Below are positions 46,480-56,191 of a stretch of DNA of 64,000 bases, one piece after another. Below the pieces are notes generated by a model, which was not told the DNA's origin, did no database searches, and was given only the letters and a program-made list of their open reading frames with translations. Within the stretch, counting starts at the first letter, position 1, and each line of letters opens with the position of its first letter. The stretch covers positions 96,001 through 160,000 of the forward strand of contig CAVRAL010000001.1 in NCBI GenBank assembly GCA_963719085.1, written 5' to 3'. A program made the position numbers and the translations under genes. Origin of the DNA: a candidate division FCPU426 bacterium (GTDB lineage Bacteria; Oederibacteriota; Muellerivitia; Muellerivitales; Muellerivitaceae).

Positions 46480-49400
46480 ATTCTTTGGCGCCGCAGGTCC
46501 AAAGTATGGGGGAAATCCTCGTTGGGCTCTTCCGGTGGCGCGCTGACCCGGCCGCTGACCCGGCTCACCGTCTCAAAACGGGCCTTCCAACGGCTTTCCG
46601 CCTCCTCGTCATTCACCGGCATGAGTTCGTAACTACGCCCGCCCGGGTGAAAGGTGTGGAGGATGCATCCGCCCAATGACAGCTGCCGCTCAGGATCGAT
46701 CAGGTCTAATTCCAAAGTTTGAGTCGCGGGAATATCGGCGTAAAGGGACGTGGGCTGGTCCCAAGATTTGTAGCGAATCCCGGCCACCAGGACCCCCGGG
46801 GTTTGGGTGGGCCTTAAAGGCACCCGGCGGCCGTTGCAAGAAAGCACCAGATTGGGCGGCGCGTCCCTTAAGATCACTTGGATTCTTTCGGTCGAGGCGT
46901 CAATGGCCCGGCTGACCGTGGCGCCCATGGCTTCCTCGCCTAAAACCGGCCAAGGCTCCAAGGCGGTGCGCAGTTCCAATTCCACCCCCTCGATGACTGT
47001 CCGGCCGCATAAGGGAAAGCGAAAATTGAAGTGGGCCCGGAACCACTCGGGGTCAAAAGGAAGCCCTTGCCGCCGTAAGTCATCCAAAACTTCGGTTAGG
47101 TCTTGCCACAGATACCAGGGAAGCATGAATCGGTCATTGAGCGCCGTGCCCCAGCGCACTAACTTATCCGGAAGCGAGGCCGGGTAAAGCCGCGCCACTA
47201 AGGCCCGCACTAAAAGCGTTTGAAGCAAGGCCATGCGGGGATGGGGCGCCATCTCGAAGGCCCGCAGTTCCAGCAACCCCTGGCGGCCGCGAGTGGAGCC
47301 GGGATCAAAAAGTTTATCGATGCAAAATTCGGTCCGGTGGGTATTGCCGCCCACATCCACCAACAAATGACGGAAAAGCCGGTCCAGACGCCAAAAGGGA
47401 ACCTCGCCTTCGGGCGGAATCCGCCGCATGGCGTTTTCGAGTTCATACAAAGCGTCATGCCGGGCTTCGTCCGGCCGGGGCGCCTGGCTGGTGGGGCCCA
47501 CGAAAAGCGACGCGAAAAAATAAGACAGGCTGGGATGTTTCTGCCAATAAGCGATCATGGCGGGGAGCAACCGGGGCTGGCGGAAGAAAGGGCTTTTTTC
47601 AGGAATTGAGGCGCCCATGACCAAATGGCTCCCGCCGCCCGAACCCACCGGCCTTCCATTGATGGTGAATTTGACGGCGGACAGCCCGATCTGCCGGGCT
47701 TCCTCATAAAGGATTTCAAGATTGGACTTCAACGAAGCCCAATCGGAAGAGGGGTGGATATTGACCTCTAAAACCCCCGGATCGGGAGTGATGCGGAAAT
47801 TAAGAAGCCGGGGATCGGCGGGCGGTTCGTAGCCTTCCAAGACCACGCTTAAGTGAAGCGCGGCGGCGGCGGTTTCGACCTGGGCCACCAGCTCCAAAAA
47901 GTTTTCCAAAAGCGAAAGCGGAGGCAGGAAAACATGAATTTTCCCATCCCGGATCTGGGTGCCCAGGGCGGTTCGAACCGCTCCCTTGGATTCATGGGCG
48001 TTTTTATCCGAAGCCGGTTTTGAAAAGCTGTTGAGCCTTTGGCGGGGCAAAAGCGGTTCGGGCTCCACAAAGGGATCCCGGGGAAAGGGCACGGGCTCCA
48101 AGGGTTTGTCCGAGAGGATGGTATCCAGGGGCAGGCGATAGCCTAGCGGTGAATCCCCGGGGATCAGGGTCAATTGATCGGTCGTGAGTTTCCATTCTTC
48201 GCTCACCCAACCTTCTCGCGCGGAACTCCAAGTTAAGGGCAAAACCCAACCGGTGGGCGCGGGCACCACCGGCTCGGTTTTGGGAGGTTTGGCCGATTCT
48301 TTGGAATCCGGGTTCACGGCGGTGGCGGGACCGGATTTAACGGAGGCGGCCGCCGCGGCCGTCTTTACGGCGGGGCTTTCGTAAGCGGGGATGATCCGGG
48401 CCGTGGGCAATCCTAAATCCTGGGCCAGTTTGGCGAGCAGGCCCTGCGCCGCGTTGGCGTGCGCTTTTCCCGGAACCGAGGGGTCGGCCAAAAGGGATTC
48501 ATTGATCCAAACCGGCTCGCCATCCCGGCGCCAAAAACTATTGAGCGACCAGCGGGGCAGCTCCTCGCCCCCGTACCATTTGCCTTGTCCGGTTTGGGCG
48601 AGGGAACCGGGTGAAAAATGTTTCCGGAGCCGGGAAAGCAGTTCCCAGCCTTTTTGAAGTTTTTGTTTGCCCAAGGCCCCGGTCTGCCATTGGACATCGT
48701 CCCGGTTATCCACCGACACGAAAGTAGGCTCGCCGCCCATGGTGAGGCCCACGCCTAAATCATTTAGGCGCTTATCCACGGTTCGGCCCAGTTCATCCAC
48801 GGCTTTCCATTGGTCCTCCGTCAAGGGCTTGGTGGCCCGGGGCGGGTCCGCGATTCGGCAGATCGTCATGGTATGTTCCAAAACGCTTTCACAGGCTTCC
48901 ATTGTGCCGCTGATGGGCGCCGCGCTGACCGGGTGCGGCGTACAGCTTAACGGGATATGGCCTTCTCCCGCGAAGAGCCCCGAAGTGGGATCCAGCCCGA
49001 TCCAACCGGCCCCCGGAATATAAGCTTCCACCCAGGCGTGCAGGTCGGTGAAGTCGGATTCCACTCCCGTGGGACCGGTGACCGGCTTTTCGTCCGCCAC
49101 CAGTTGGATGAGATAACCGGAAGCGAAGCGCGCCGCGATTCCTAAATGCCGGAAAGTTTGACAAGCCAGCCAAGCCAGATCCCGGCAAGAGCCGCTGTTG
49201 AATTGAAGCGTTTGCTCGCAGGTTTGGACACCGGGTTCCAGGCGGACTAAGTAGCGGCTCTGCCGGTTGATGGCTTGATTGACGGTGGCCAAAAGGTCGA
49301 TGGTATTGCGGTTTTGACGGCCGATTTCATTCACGAATTTTTGCAGGAGCGGTCCTGTTTCATCCAGCCTCAGGTAAGGAAGCAAATCTTCCGCCAGGGT

Positions 49401-49724
49401 CTTTTCATATTTAAAGGGAAAGTTGAGATAGTCGCTTTCAATAAAAAAGTCGAAGGGATTGATCCGCTCGAGCGAGGCCCTCAAACCCACCTTCACCTCG
49501 AATTCTTCCGTGGGTTCGGGGAAAACCACCCGGCCCAGGAAGTTGCCGAAAGGATCCTGCTGCCAATTGAGAAAATGGTTTTTGGGGGTGATGCTCAGCG
49601 AGTAAGACAATAGGGGGGTGCGGCAGTGGGCGGCGGGCTTGAGCCGGATCACTTGGGGGCCCAAGCGAACGGAACGATCATATCGATAGCGGGTAATGTG
49701 TTCTAAAAGGACTTGGGTCGCCAT
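46476..49724 (-). CDS. Transglutaminase-like domain fused to DUF2126 putative amidoligase
   Basis: H.TRYRY N-domain, GSCRD / DLHAW / LDPT triad, LTMGGEPTFVS, PDPGVLEVNIHP, GGGSH, GNTHRTEFCIDKL, LELRAFEM. Confidence 0.9.
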   Translation of the reverse strand: MATQVLLEHITRYRYDRSVRLGPQVIRLKPAAHCRTPLLSYSLSITPKNHFLNWQQDPFGNFLGRVVFPEPTEEFEVKVGLRASLERINPFDFFIESDYLNFPFKYEKTLAEDLLPYLRLDETGPLLQKFVNEIGRQNRNTIDLLATVNQAINRQSRYLVRLEPGVQTCEQTLQFNSGSCRDLAWLACQTFRHLGIAARFASGYLIQLVADEKPVTGPTGVESDFTDLHAWVEAYIPGAGWIGLDPTSGLFAGEGHIPLSCTPHPVSAAPISGTMEACESVLEHTMTICRIADPPRATKPLTEDQWKAVDELGRTVDKRLNDLGVGLTMGGEPTFVSVDNRDDVQWQTGALGKQKLQKGWELLSRLRKHFSPGSLAQTGQGKWYGGEELPRWSLNSFWRRDGEPVWINESLLADPSVPGKAHANAAQGLLAKLAQDLGLPTARIIPAYESPAVKTAAAAASVKSGPATAVNPDSKESAKPPKTEPVVPAPTGWVLPLTWSSAREGWVSEEWKLTTDQLTLIPGDSPLGYRLPLDTILSDKPLEPVPFPRDPFVEPEPLLPRQRLNSFSKPASDKNAHESKGAVRTALGTQIRDGKIHVFLPPLSLLENFLELVAQVETAAAALHLSVVLEGYEPPADPRLLNFRITPDPGVLEVNIHPSSDWASLKSNLEILYEEARQIGLSAVKFTINGRPVGSGGGSHLVMGASIPEKSPFFRQPRLLPAMIAYWQKHPSLSYFFASLFVGPTSQAPRPDEARHDALYELENAMRRIPPEGEVPFWRLDRLFRHLLVDVGGNTHRTEFCIDKLFDPGSTRGRQGLLELRAFEMAPHPRMALLQTLLVRALVARLYPASLPDKLVRWGTALNDRFMLPWYLWQDLTEVLDDLRRQGLPFDPEWFRAHFNFRFPLCGRTVIEGVELELRTALEPWPVLGEEAMGATVSRAIDASTERIQVILRDAPPNLVLSCNGRRVPLRPTQTPGVLVAGIRYKSWDQPTSLYADIPATQTLELDLIDPERQLSLGGCILHTFHPGGRSYELMPVNDEEAESRWKARFETVSRVSGRVSAPPEEPNEDFPHTLDLRRQRI

Positions 49725-49780
49725 AATTTTTTTAATTATGAGGGGTTTGCGTAGGGCGTTTCAATAGGTAGAATAGGTTT
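49725..49780. promoter_or_regulatory. Overlapping divergent sigma70-type promoters
   Basis: + strand TTGCGT-16-TAGAAT, 6 nt before ATG 49781; - strand TTGAAA-18-CATAAT, 10 nt before ATG 49724. Confidence 0.5.
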
Positions 49781-51565
49781 ATGTCCAACTTCTTCTCATT
49801 GTCATTCGACAATGTGGCTTCGCCTTCCTTAAGGTTGAAGGTTTCCCACCAGGGGGAATCGGCCACCGATTGGGGAATGGTCTGGTACGCCGGTGACGAC
49901 GGCCCGGCCAGCCTGGTGCGGGGCTCCGCCGATGGGGCGGAGGACCTGAAAAGGGCGCTCACCGATTGGAACCGTTTCCGCTCCGCCTCCTTTTTCGCCT
50001 TGTCCGGCGAGCGTCAGACCGGCAAAAACACCCCGCCTTTTCTGCGCAGCTACGGCGGACGCCAATTCGTCTTTATCTTCAGCGCCTCCTTGAAGGGCGA
50101 TTTTAAAACCACCTTATCCCTGGGCGGCGATCCCAGCTTTGAGCCTTTGGGCTCCTCGGCCGCCGAACACGCCTTTTGCTGGCTTTTGCACCAGCTCTTT
50201 TTAAAACAAGCCCGCCGCCTGTCCGATGTTTCCTGGAACGATCTTCGCGCCTGGTTTGGCGAGATCAATAACTTGGGGGAGTTGAACTGTGTGCTAAGCG
50301 ACGGCAAGAACCAAGTGGCTTACCGGGACCGGGAGGGCCGGGGCAGTCTTTATGGTTTGCGCCGCCTGCCGCCCCATCCCGAAGGCCATCTGGAAAATGA
50401 GACGCTCGCCATGGATTTGGGCGACGCCCTGGACGCCAATCGAACCCTTTATCTTTTCTCAAATCAACCGCTTTCGAATGAGCCTTGGAACCTTTTAGAA
50501 CCGGGTAGTCTAAGGGCGGTCCGCCGGGGCCGCTTGCTTTTTGACAGCGCCGCGGTGAACACGGAATTCAACCCATCCTGGTCCCTGGTGGGGAATCAGG
50601 TTCAGCAAATGTCGCTGGTGGCGCCCGCCATGCCGCCGTCCCCGGTGAGACGGGGATTTGATAAGTGCGTGATGAATGTGCTGCACGAGACCGTCTACCA
50701 TTACCGCATGCCGGTGGAAAGGTCCCGGCATTTGATCCGCCTGAGGCCCACCCAGGACCGGTTCCAGGAACTTTTGGAATTTAACTTGAATCTTTCCATC
50801 GATGGACGCAAGCAGGAATTTCAGGATGTGTACGGCAACACGACCTTGGAATTGGAAGTGGACCGCTCTTTCACCGAAATGGTGATCCGGGCGTCCTCGC
50901 GGGTGCGTTTGACCGAGGGGCCTACCCGTTGGCTGAACGCCAGCGGCCGCCGCGAGAACCTACCCTTGGTTTGGATGCCCGGCCAGCGTCAAATGATGCT
51001 GCCTTACCTTTTGCCGCCGGAGCTTCCGGAGGCGCAACTAAAAGAACTGACCGATTACGCCATGGGTTTCGCCCAGCGTAACGACATGGATCTTTTCGAT
51101 ACGATCTTGGATATCAACCAAACCCTTCACGACGATTACTCTTATGTGACCGGATCCACCACCAGTGAGACCACGCCTTATGAGGTTTATTCCACCCGCC
51201 GGGGGGTTTGCCAGGATTTCTCCAATCTTTTCATCTGCATGGCCCGACTTTTGAATCTTCCGGCGCGCTACCGGGTGGGCTATATTTATACCGGCGGAAA
51301 TTACGAGAATAAAATTTTGTCCGAGGCTTCGCACGCTTGGGTGGAACTTTATCTGCCTCAAAGCGGCTGGTGCGGGTTTGATCCCACCAACGGGACCGTG
51401 GTGGGGCTGGATCATGTGAGGGTCGCCTGCGGCCGCAATTTCCTCGACGCCACGCCGACCTCCGGAACCATCTTTAAAGGCGGCGGACCCGAAAGCCTGT
51501 CGGTGTCGGTGAAGATTGAGATGGAACCGCCGTCCCAGTTATCCTTTGAAAATTCCCCGGCTTGA
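49781..51565 (+). CDS. Degenerate class II glutamine amidotransferase-like domain fused to transglutaminase-like domain
   Basis: N-half DWGMVWY, NTPPF.R..GGR, LNCVLSDG; C-half HETVYHY, GVCQDF, SHAWVE, FDPTN. Confidence 0.85.
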   Translation: MSNFFSLSFDNVASPSLRLKVSHQGESATDWGMVWYAGDDGPASLVRGSADGAEDLKRALTDWNRFRSASFFALSGERQTGKNTPPFLRSYGGRQFVFIFSASLKGDFKTTLSLGGDPSFEPLGSSAAEHAFCWLLHQLFLKQARRLSDVSWNDLRAWFGEINNLGELNCVLSDGKNQVAYRDREGRGSLYGLRRLPPHPEGHLENETLAMDLGDALDANRTLYLFSNQPLSNEPWNLLEPGSLRAVRRGRLLFDSAAVNTEFNPSWSLVGNQVQQMSLVAPAMPPSPVRRGFDKCVMNVLHETVYHYRMPVERSRHLIRLRPTQDRFQELLEFNLNLSIDGRKQEFQDVYGNTTLELEVDRSFTEMVIRASSRVRLTEGPTRWLNASGRRENLPLVWMPGQRQMMLPYLLPPELPEAQLKELTDYAMGFAQRNDMDLFDTILDINQTLHDDYSYVTGSTTSETTPYEVYSTRRGVCQDFSNLFICMARLLNLPARYRVGYIYTGGNYENKILSEASHAWVELYLPQSGWCGFDPTNGTVVGLDHVRVACGRNFLDATPTSGTIFKGGGPESLSVSVKIEMEPPSQLSFENSPA

Positions 51566-51590
51566 CAATAAAAGCGGGGCGGAGTATATT
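51562..51590 (+). promoter_or_regulatory. sigma70-type promoter of ilv operon
   Basis: TTGACA, 17 nt spacer, TATATT. Confidence 0.75.
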
Positions 51591-51624
51591 CTCGCCACTA
51601 GCAGTTCAATTTTAGGAGATGACG

Positions 51625-51705
51625 ATGTCCTTCGGAATAGCGGCCAACCTACTTCTTTTAGTCGTATTAGTAGTAAGCTTGCGTCCGGAGGCGGTGCGCT
51701 CCTAA
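51625..51705 (+). CDS. ilv operon leader peptide MSFGIAANLLLLVVLVVSLRPEAVRS
   Basis: AGGAG SD, 26 codons with a run of nine Leu/Val codons, directly followed by a terminator and ilvB. Confidence 0.88.
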   Translation: MSFGIAANLLLLVVLVVSLRPEAVRS

Positions 51706-51718
51706 AGACGGCCAACAG

Positions 51719-51757
51719 GCCGCGGGGCCCGCTTCAGCGGGTCTTCGCGGCTTTTTT
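51719..51757 (+). terminator. Attenuator terminator of ilv leader
   Basis: GCCGCGGGGCCCGC-TTCA-GCGGGTCTTCGCGGC-TTTTTT. Confidence 0.85.
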
Positions 51758-51963
51758 GTTTTAAGGCCCTGATTTCCCGCCAAGCTTCGCAAAAACCCCG
51801 AAAAACAACTTGATTGAGCTGAAAGCCGCCTTTGAATGGGCTATTTGGCCTTTATTTCCACGGAATTAAAGGATGAATAACCTCGAAAATGGCGGAAGTT
51901 ATTGTAAAATCACACTCTTTCGCGTGGGCTAGGCCCCGTGAGCGAAACAGACAGGAGACGATT

Positions 51964-53733
51964 ATGGCCACGAAGTCCAAGCAGATGAAAACCGGAGCCC
52001 AAATGATTGTGGATATCCTCATTGATGAGGGTGTCACGATGGCTTGGGGCGTGACAGGCGGAGCGATCCTGCCCGTTTATGACGCCTTGTACCAAAGCGG
52101 GGACAAGATCAAACTTTTCGACACCCGCCATGAGCAAGGCGCGGTGCATATGGCCGAAGGCTACGCCAAGTCCACCGGCAAGGTGGGAGTTTGCGTGGTC
52201 ACGTCCGGCCCCGGCGCCACCAACATCGTCACCGGTTTGGCCGACGCTTATATGGACTCGGTGCCCTTGGTGGCCATCACGGGCCAAGTGCCGACCGCGC
52301 TTATTGGAACCGATGGGTTTCAAGAAGCGGACGTGGTGGGCATCACCCGTTCCTGCACCAAGCACAATTACCTGGTGAAAAATATCCAGGAGCTGCCCCA
52401 AATCGTGCGCGACGCTTTTTTCATCGCCCGCACCGGAAGGCCGGGTCCGGTCTTGATCGACATCCCGAAGGACATCGCCGCGGCCTCAGCCGAGGTGGAG
52501 ATCCCGAAGAAGGCCTCGATTCCTTTGTCGAAGTTCGTGCCGACTCCGGATATAAGCCAAATCGATAAGATCGCCGAGCTTTTGAAGCACGCCAAGCGTC
52601 CCTTGATCTACGCCGGCGGCGGCGTCATTAACGCGGGGGCCTCGGAAGAACTTTATAAGTTCGCCCGCAAAACCAACATCCCGGTGACCTTGACCCTGAT
52701 GGGCCTGGGCGCTTATCCGGCCACCGACCGCCAGTTCATCGACATGTTGGGCATGCACGGTTCTTACCGCGCCAACATGGCCCTGACCTATTGCGATTTA
52801 CTCATCGCCATCGGAAGCCGTTTCGACGACCGGGTGACGGGTAAACTGAGCGAGTTTTCGCCGAACTCGAAAAAGGTGCACATCGACGTGGACCCGACTT
52901 CCATCGGCAAAAACGTGAAGGTGGACGCCCACGTGCTGGGCGACATGAAGTTCATCCTCAAGGACCTGACCAAAAAGGCGGGCACGAAGGAATACGAAGC
53001 TTGGTACAACGAATTGGACGGCTGGAAGAGCAAGCATCCCTTGGCTTACAAGCAGGATCCCAAGGGAACGGTTTTGCCGCAGTTCGCCATCGATGAAATT
53101 TACCGTATCACCAAGGGCGACGCTTATGTGGCCACCGAAGTGGGCCAGCATCAGATGTGGGCGGCGCAATATTACAAGTTCAACAAACCCCGCCGTTGGC
53201 TGACCTCGGGCGGTTTGGGAACCATGGGTTTTGGTTTTCCCGCGGCCATTGGCGCGGCCTTCGCCCATCCGAACGCCACGGTGATTGACATCGCCGGCGA
53301 CGGTAGTTTCCAGATGACGCTGCAGGAATTGGCCATCGTGAAGGAACACAACCTGAACGTGAAGACCATCGTCATCAATAACAAGTTCATGGGCATGGTC
53401 AAGCAATGGCAGGACTTGTTCTTTGACAAGCGTTACGCGGCCACCTCGATCCCCGCCCAGCCGGATTTCGTGAAATTGGCGGAGGCTTACGGCATCGCGG
53501 GTTACCGCGCCAATACGCCCAAGGAAACCACCCAGGTGCTGGAAGAGGCCCTGTTGAAAAAAGGCCCCTGCATCGTGGATGTGGTGGTGGACGCCGAGGA
53601 GCATGTGTATCCCATGGTTCCGGCCGGCGGCGCGGTGAAGGACATCGTGCTTTCCAAAGCCCATCAGCTTGAGAAAATGATAGCCGCTAAAAACGACAAG
53701 GGTCCCAAGAAGCCGACCCAGGTCCACCTGTAA
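51964..53733 (+). CDS. ilvB: Acetolactate synthase large subunit
   Basis: RHEQGA, TSGPGATN, GMHG, RFDDRVTG, VGQHQMW, GDGSFQM; ATG after CAGGAG. Confidence 0.97.
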   Translation: MATKSKQMKTGAQMIVDILIDEGVTMAWGVTGGAILPVYDALYQSGDKIKLFDTRHEQGAVHMAEGYAKSTGKVGVCVVTSGPGATNIVTGLADAYMDSVPLVAITGQVPTALIGTDGFQEADVVGITRSCTKHNYLVKNIQELPQIVRDAFFIARTGRPGPVLIDIPKDIAAASAEVEIPKKASIPLSKFVPTPDISQIDKIAELLKHAKRPLIYAGGGVINAGASEELYKFARKTNIPVTLTLMGLGAYPATDRQFIDMLGMHGSYRANMALTYCDLLIAIGSRFDDRVTGKLSEFSPNSKKVHIDVDPTSIGKNVKVDAHVLGDMKFILKDLTKKAGTKEYEAWYNELDGWKSKHPLAYKQDPKGTVLPQFAIDEIYRITKGDAYVATEVGQHQMWAAQYYKFNKPRRWLTSGGLGTMGFGFPAAIGAAFAHPNATVIDIAGDGSFQMTLQELAIVKEHNLNVKTIVINNKFMGMVKQWQDLFFDKRYAATSIPAQPDFVKLAEAYGIAGYRANTPKETTQVLEEALLKKGPCIVDVVVDAEEHVYPMVPAGGAVKDIVLSKAHQLEKMIAAKNDKGPKKPTQVHL

Positions 53734-53756
53734 CCCTTAACAACGAAAGGTCAAAC

Positions 53757-54299
53757 ATGCGACATACTATTTCAGTTTTGGTGAACAACCACGCGGGCGT
53801 GTTGTCCCGCGTGTCCAACCTCTTCTCGGCCCGGGGCTATAACATCGACAGCTTGGTGGTCGGCGTGACCGACAACCCGAAAGTTTCCCGCATCACCATC
53901 GTGGTGAAGGGCGACGAGCGGATCATCGACCAGGTGGAAAAACAGCTCAACAAGCTGATTGACGTCATCAAGGTGTTTGATTTGACGCACGACGATTTTA
54001 TCGCCCGGGACCTGGCCTTGATCAAGGTGAAGGCCGAGGCGCACACCCGCAGCCAGGTGATGGAAATCGTCCAATGCTTTGACGGGAAGATCGTGGACGT
54101 GGCTTTGAAGAGTTTCATTATTGAGGTGACGGGCAAGGAAAGCAAAATCAACGCCATGGTGGAGCTTTTAAGCAACTATGGCATTTTGGAGCTGGTCCGA
54201 ACGGGGGAAGTGGCCATTTCCCGCGGCAAGAAGGTGGCGGAAGAGGAAGGCTCGAAAGTGAAAGTGAAGGCGGGCAAAGCCGGCCAATCGAATCTGTAA
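53757..54299 (+). CDS. ilvN: Acetolactate synthase small regulatory subunit
   Basis: ACT domain GVLSRV..LFSARGYNIDSL, KQLNKLIDVIKV, ELVRTG. Confidence 0.97.
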   Translation: MRHTISVLVNNHAGVLSRVSNLFSARGYNIDSLVVGVTDNPKVSRITIVVKGDERIIDQVEKQLNKLIDVIKVFDLTHDDFIARDLALIKVKAEAHTRSQVMEIVQCFDGKIVDVALKSFIIEVTGKESKINAMVELLSNYGILELVRTGEVAISRGKKVAEEEGSKVKVKAGKAGQSNL

Positions 54300-54310
54300 A
54301 AATAAAGGAA

Positions 54311-54413
54311 TTGAACCACAGAGTTAACGGAGTTACGCGGAGTTAAGAATAAAAAAAATTAGTAGAGAGCTGAAAATCTTTACTCGGTTCCCTCGGTGTA
54401 ACTCTGTGTTTAA
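54311..54413. repeat. Triple-unit inverted repeat element A
   Basis: Left CACAGAGTT-AACGGAGTT-ACGCGGAGTT; right ACTCGGTTC-CCTCGGTGT-AACTCTGTG; A/T-rich spacer. Confidence 0.7.
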
Positions 54414-54461
54414 GGTTTTTGCCGGAAGTTGAAACCGAAACAAAATTTCAAGGAGAAGCAA

Positions 54462-55457
54462 ATGCCGAAGATTTACTACGAACAAGACGCCGATTTAAAC
54501 GCGCTTAAGGGGAAGACCATCGCCGTCATCGGTTATGGCAATCAAGGCCGCAACCAAGCCCTGAATCTGAAGGATTCGGGAATCACGGTCATCATTGGCG
54601 CGCGCTCGGAAAAGACCAAGGCCCAAGCCAAGGCGGACGGCATCCCGGCTTATGACGCCAAGGAAGCGGCGGCCAAGGCCGACATCATCCAGATCTTGAT
54701 CCAGGATGACCTGCAGGGAAGCCTCTATAAAAACGACATCCTGCCGGGCCTGAAGGCCGGGAAGGCCATCATGTTCTCGCACGGCTTCAATATCCACTTC
54801 GGCCAGATCCTGCCCCCGGCGGACATCGACGTGTTCATGATCGCTCCCAAGGGTCCGGGCCATTTGGTGCGCACCACTTACGTGGAAGGCAAAGGCGTTC
54901 CGGCGCTGGTCGCCATCCATCAAAACGCCACGGGCAACGCCTTGAAACTGGCTTTGGCCTATGGAAAAGCCATCGGCGCCAGCCGCGCGGGTGTTTTGGA
55001 GACGACCTTTAAAGAAGAGACGGAGACCGACTTGTTCGGCGAGCAAGTGGTTTTGTGCGGCGGATTGTCCGAACTCATCCGCTCCGGTTTCGAGACCTTG
55101 GTCAACGCGGGCTATCAGCCTGAGGTGGCCTATTTCGAGTGCCTGCACGAAGTGAAGCTGATCGTGGATCTTATTTATGAGAAGGGCATCACGGGCATGC
55201 GCGACGCCATCTCCACGACCGCCAAGTACGGGGATATCACCCGCGGCCGCCGCATCGTGACCGAGCAGACGCGCGCCGAGATGCGCCGGATCTTGAGCGA
55301 AATTCAGACGGGCCTTTTCGCCCGGGAATTCGTCTTGGAAAACCAGGCCAATCGACCCGTGTACAATTCGGTGTTGAAGATCGATTCCGAGCATCTGATC
55401 GAAAAAGTCGGCAAACAAGTGCGCAGCATGTTCAGCTGGCTGAAAGATAAAAAGTAA
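54462..55457 (+). CDS. ilvC: Ketol-acid reductoisomerase (class I)
   Basis: [40 protein letters not shown] after AAGGAG. Confidence 0.98.
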   Translation: MPKIYYEQDADLNALKGKTIAVIGYGNQGRNQALNLKDSGITVIIGARSEKTKAQAKADGIPAYDAKEAAAKADIIQILIQDDLQGSLYKNDILPGLKAGKAIMFSHGFNIHFGQILPPADIDVFMIAPKGPGHLVRTTYVEGKGVPALVAIHQNATGNALKLALAYGKAIGASRAGVLETTFKEETETDLFGEQVVLCGGLSELIRSGFETLVNAGYQPEVAYFECLHEVKLIVDLIYEKGITGMRDAISTTAKYGDITRGRRIVTEQTRAEMRRILSEIQTGLFAREFVLENQANRPVYNSVLKIDSEHLIEKVGKQVRSMFSWLKDKK

Positions 55458-55465
55458 AGTTAAAG

Positions 55466-55499
55466 ACCGGGCTGGGCCCTAAGGCCCAGCCGGTTTTTT
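55466..55499 (+). terminator. Intrinsic terminator after ilvC
   Basis: ACCGG-GCTGGGCC-CTAA-GGCCCAGC-CGGT followed by a T run. Confidence 0.75.
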
Positions 55500-55510
55500 G
55501 AAGGGATAAC

Positions 55511-56191
55511 ATGAGACTGCCATTTATGAAGGAAACCTGGAGCATGGTCCTGCCGACTTTGGCGGCGGCCGCGGCCTTTTTTGTTTTGGCCTGCCTGAAG
55601 CCTTTTTGGCTGTGGGCGGCGCTGGGTTTGGTGGTCCTTGTTTTGGCCCTGCTCATGTTGAATTTTTTCAGGGATTTCGAGAGACGGCCGGCCGCCGTAC
55701 CGGGACCGCGGGAAGTTTTGAGCCCGGCGGACGGTAAGATCGTGGTTCTCAAGAAAACCGTGGAAAAGTTCCACATGAAGAAGCCCATGATCCATATCGC
55801 CATATTCATGAATCCGCTGAACAACCATGTCCAACGGATGCCTTTTGACGGCAAGGTGGTGAAGAAGGTTTATCACCCCGGCGAGTTTTTGGCCGCTTAT
55901 GACGACAAGGCGGACCTGGTGAATGAACAGGCCCACTTGGTTTTGGAGCTGGATAAGAAAAAAGGCATGAAGGCCAAACCCCGGGTCGTGGTCAAACAAA
56001 TCGCCGGGCTTCTGTGCCGCCGGGTTAAAACCGATCCCAAACCGGGCGCGCGTTTGAAACGGGGACAGCGTTTTGGCCGGATTCTTTTGGGATCACGGGT
56101 CGATTTGTTTTTGCCGGTCGGGTTTAAGGCCGCGGTTAAAAATGGCGACCAGGTTCGGGCTGGTTTGACCGTGCTGGGAGAATTGTCATGA
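55511..56191 (+). CDS. psd: Phosphatidylserine decarboxylase proenzyme
   Basis: FFRD, SPADGK, HVQRMP, QIAGL, LGSRVD autocleavage motif; adjacent to pssA. Confidence 0.9.
   Translation: MRLPFMKETWSMVLPTLAAAAAFFVLACLKPFWLWAALGLVVLVLALLMLNFFRDFERRPAAVPGPREVLSPADGKIVVLKKTVEKFHMKKPMIHIAIFMNPLNNHVQRMPFDGKVVKKVYHPGEFLAAYDDKADLVNEQAHLVLELDKKKGMKAKPRVVVKQIAGLLCRRVKTDPKPGARLKRGQRFGRILLGSRVDLFLPVGFKAAVKNGDQVRAGLTVLGELS

Noticed and set aside
51516..51764. 82-aa ORF upstream of ilvB in the ORF track
   Set aside because: Runs through the promoter and terminator; the real leader peptide is in another frame (51625-51705)
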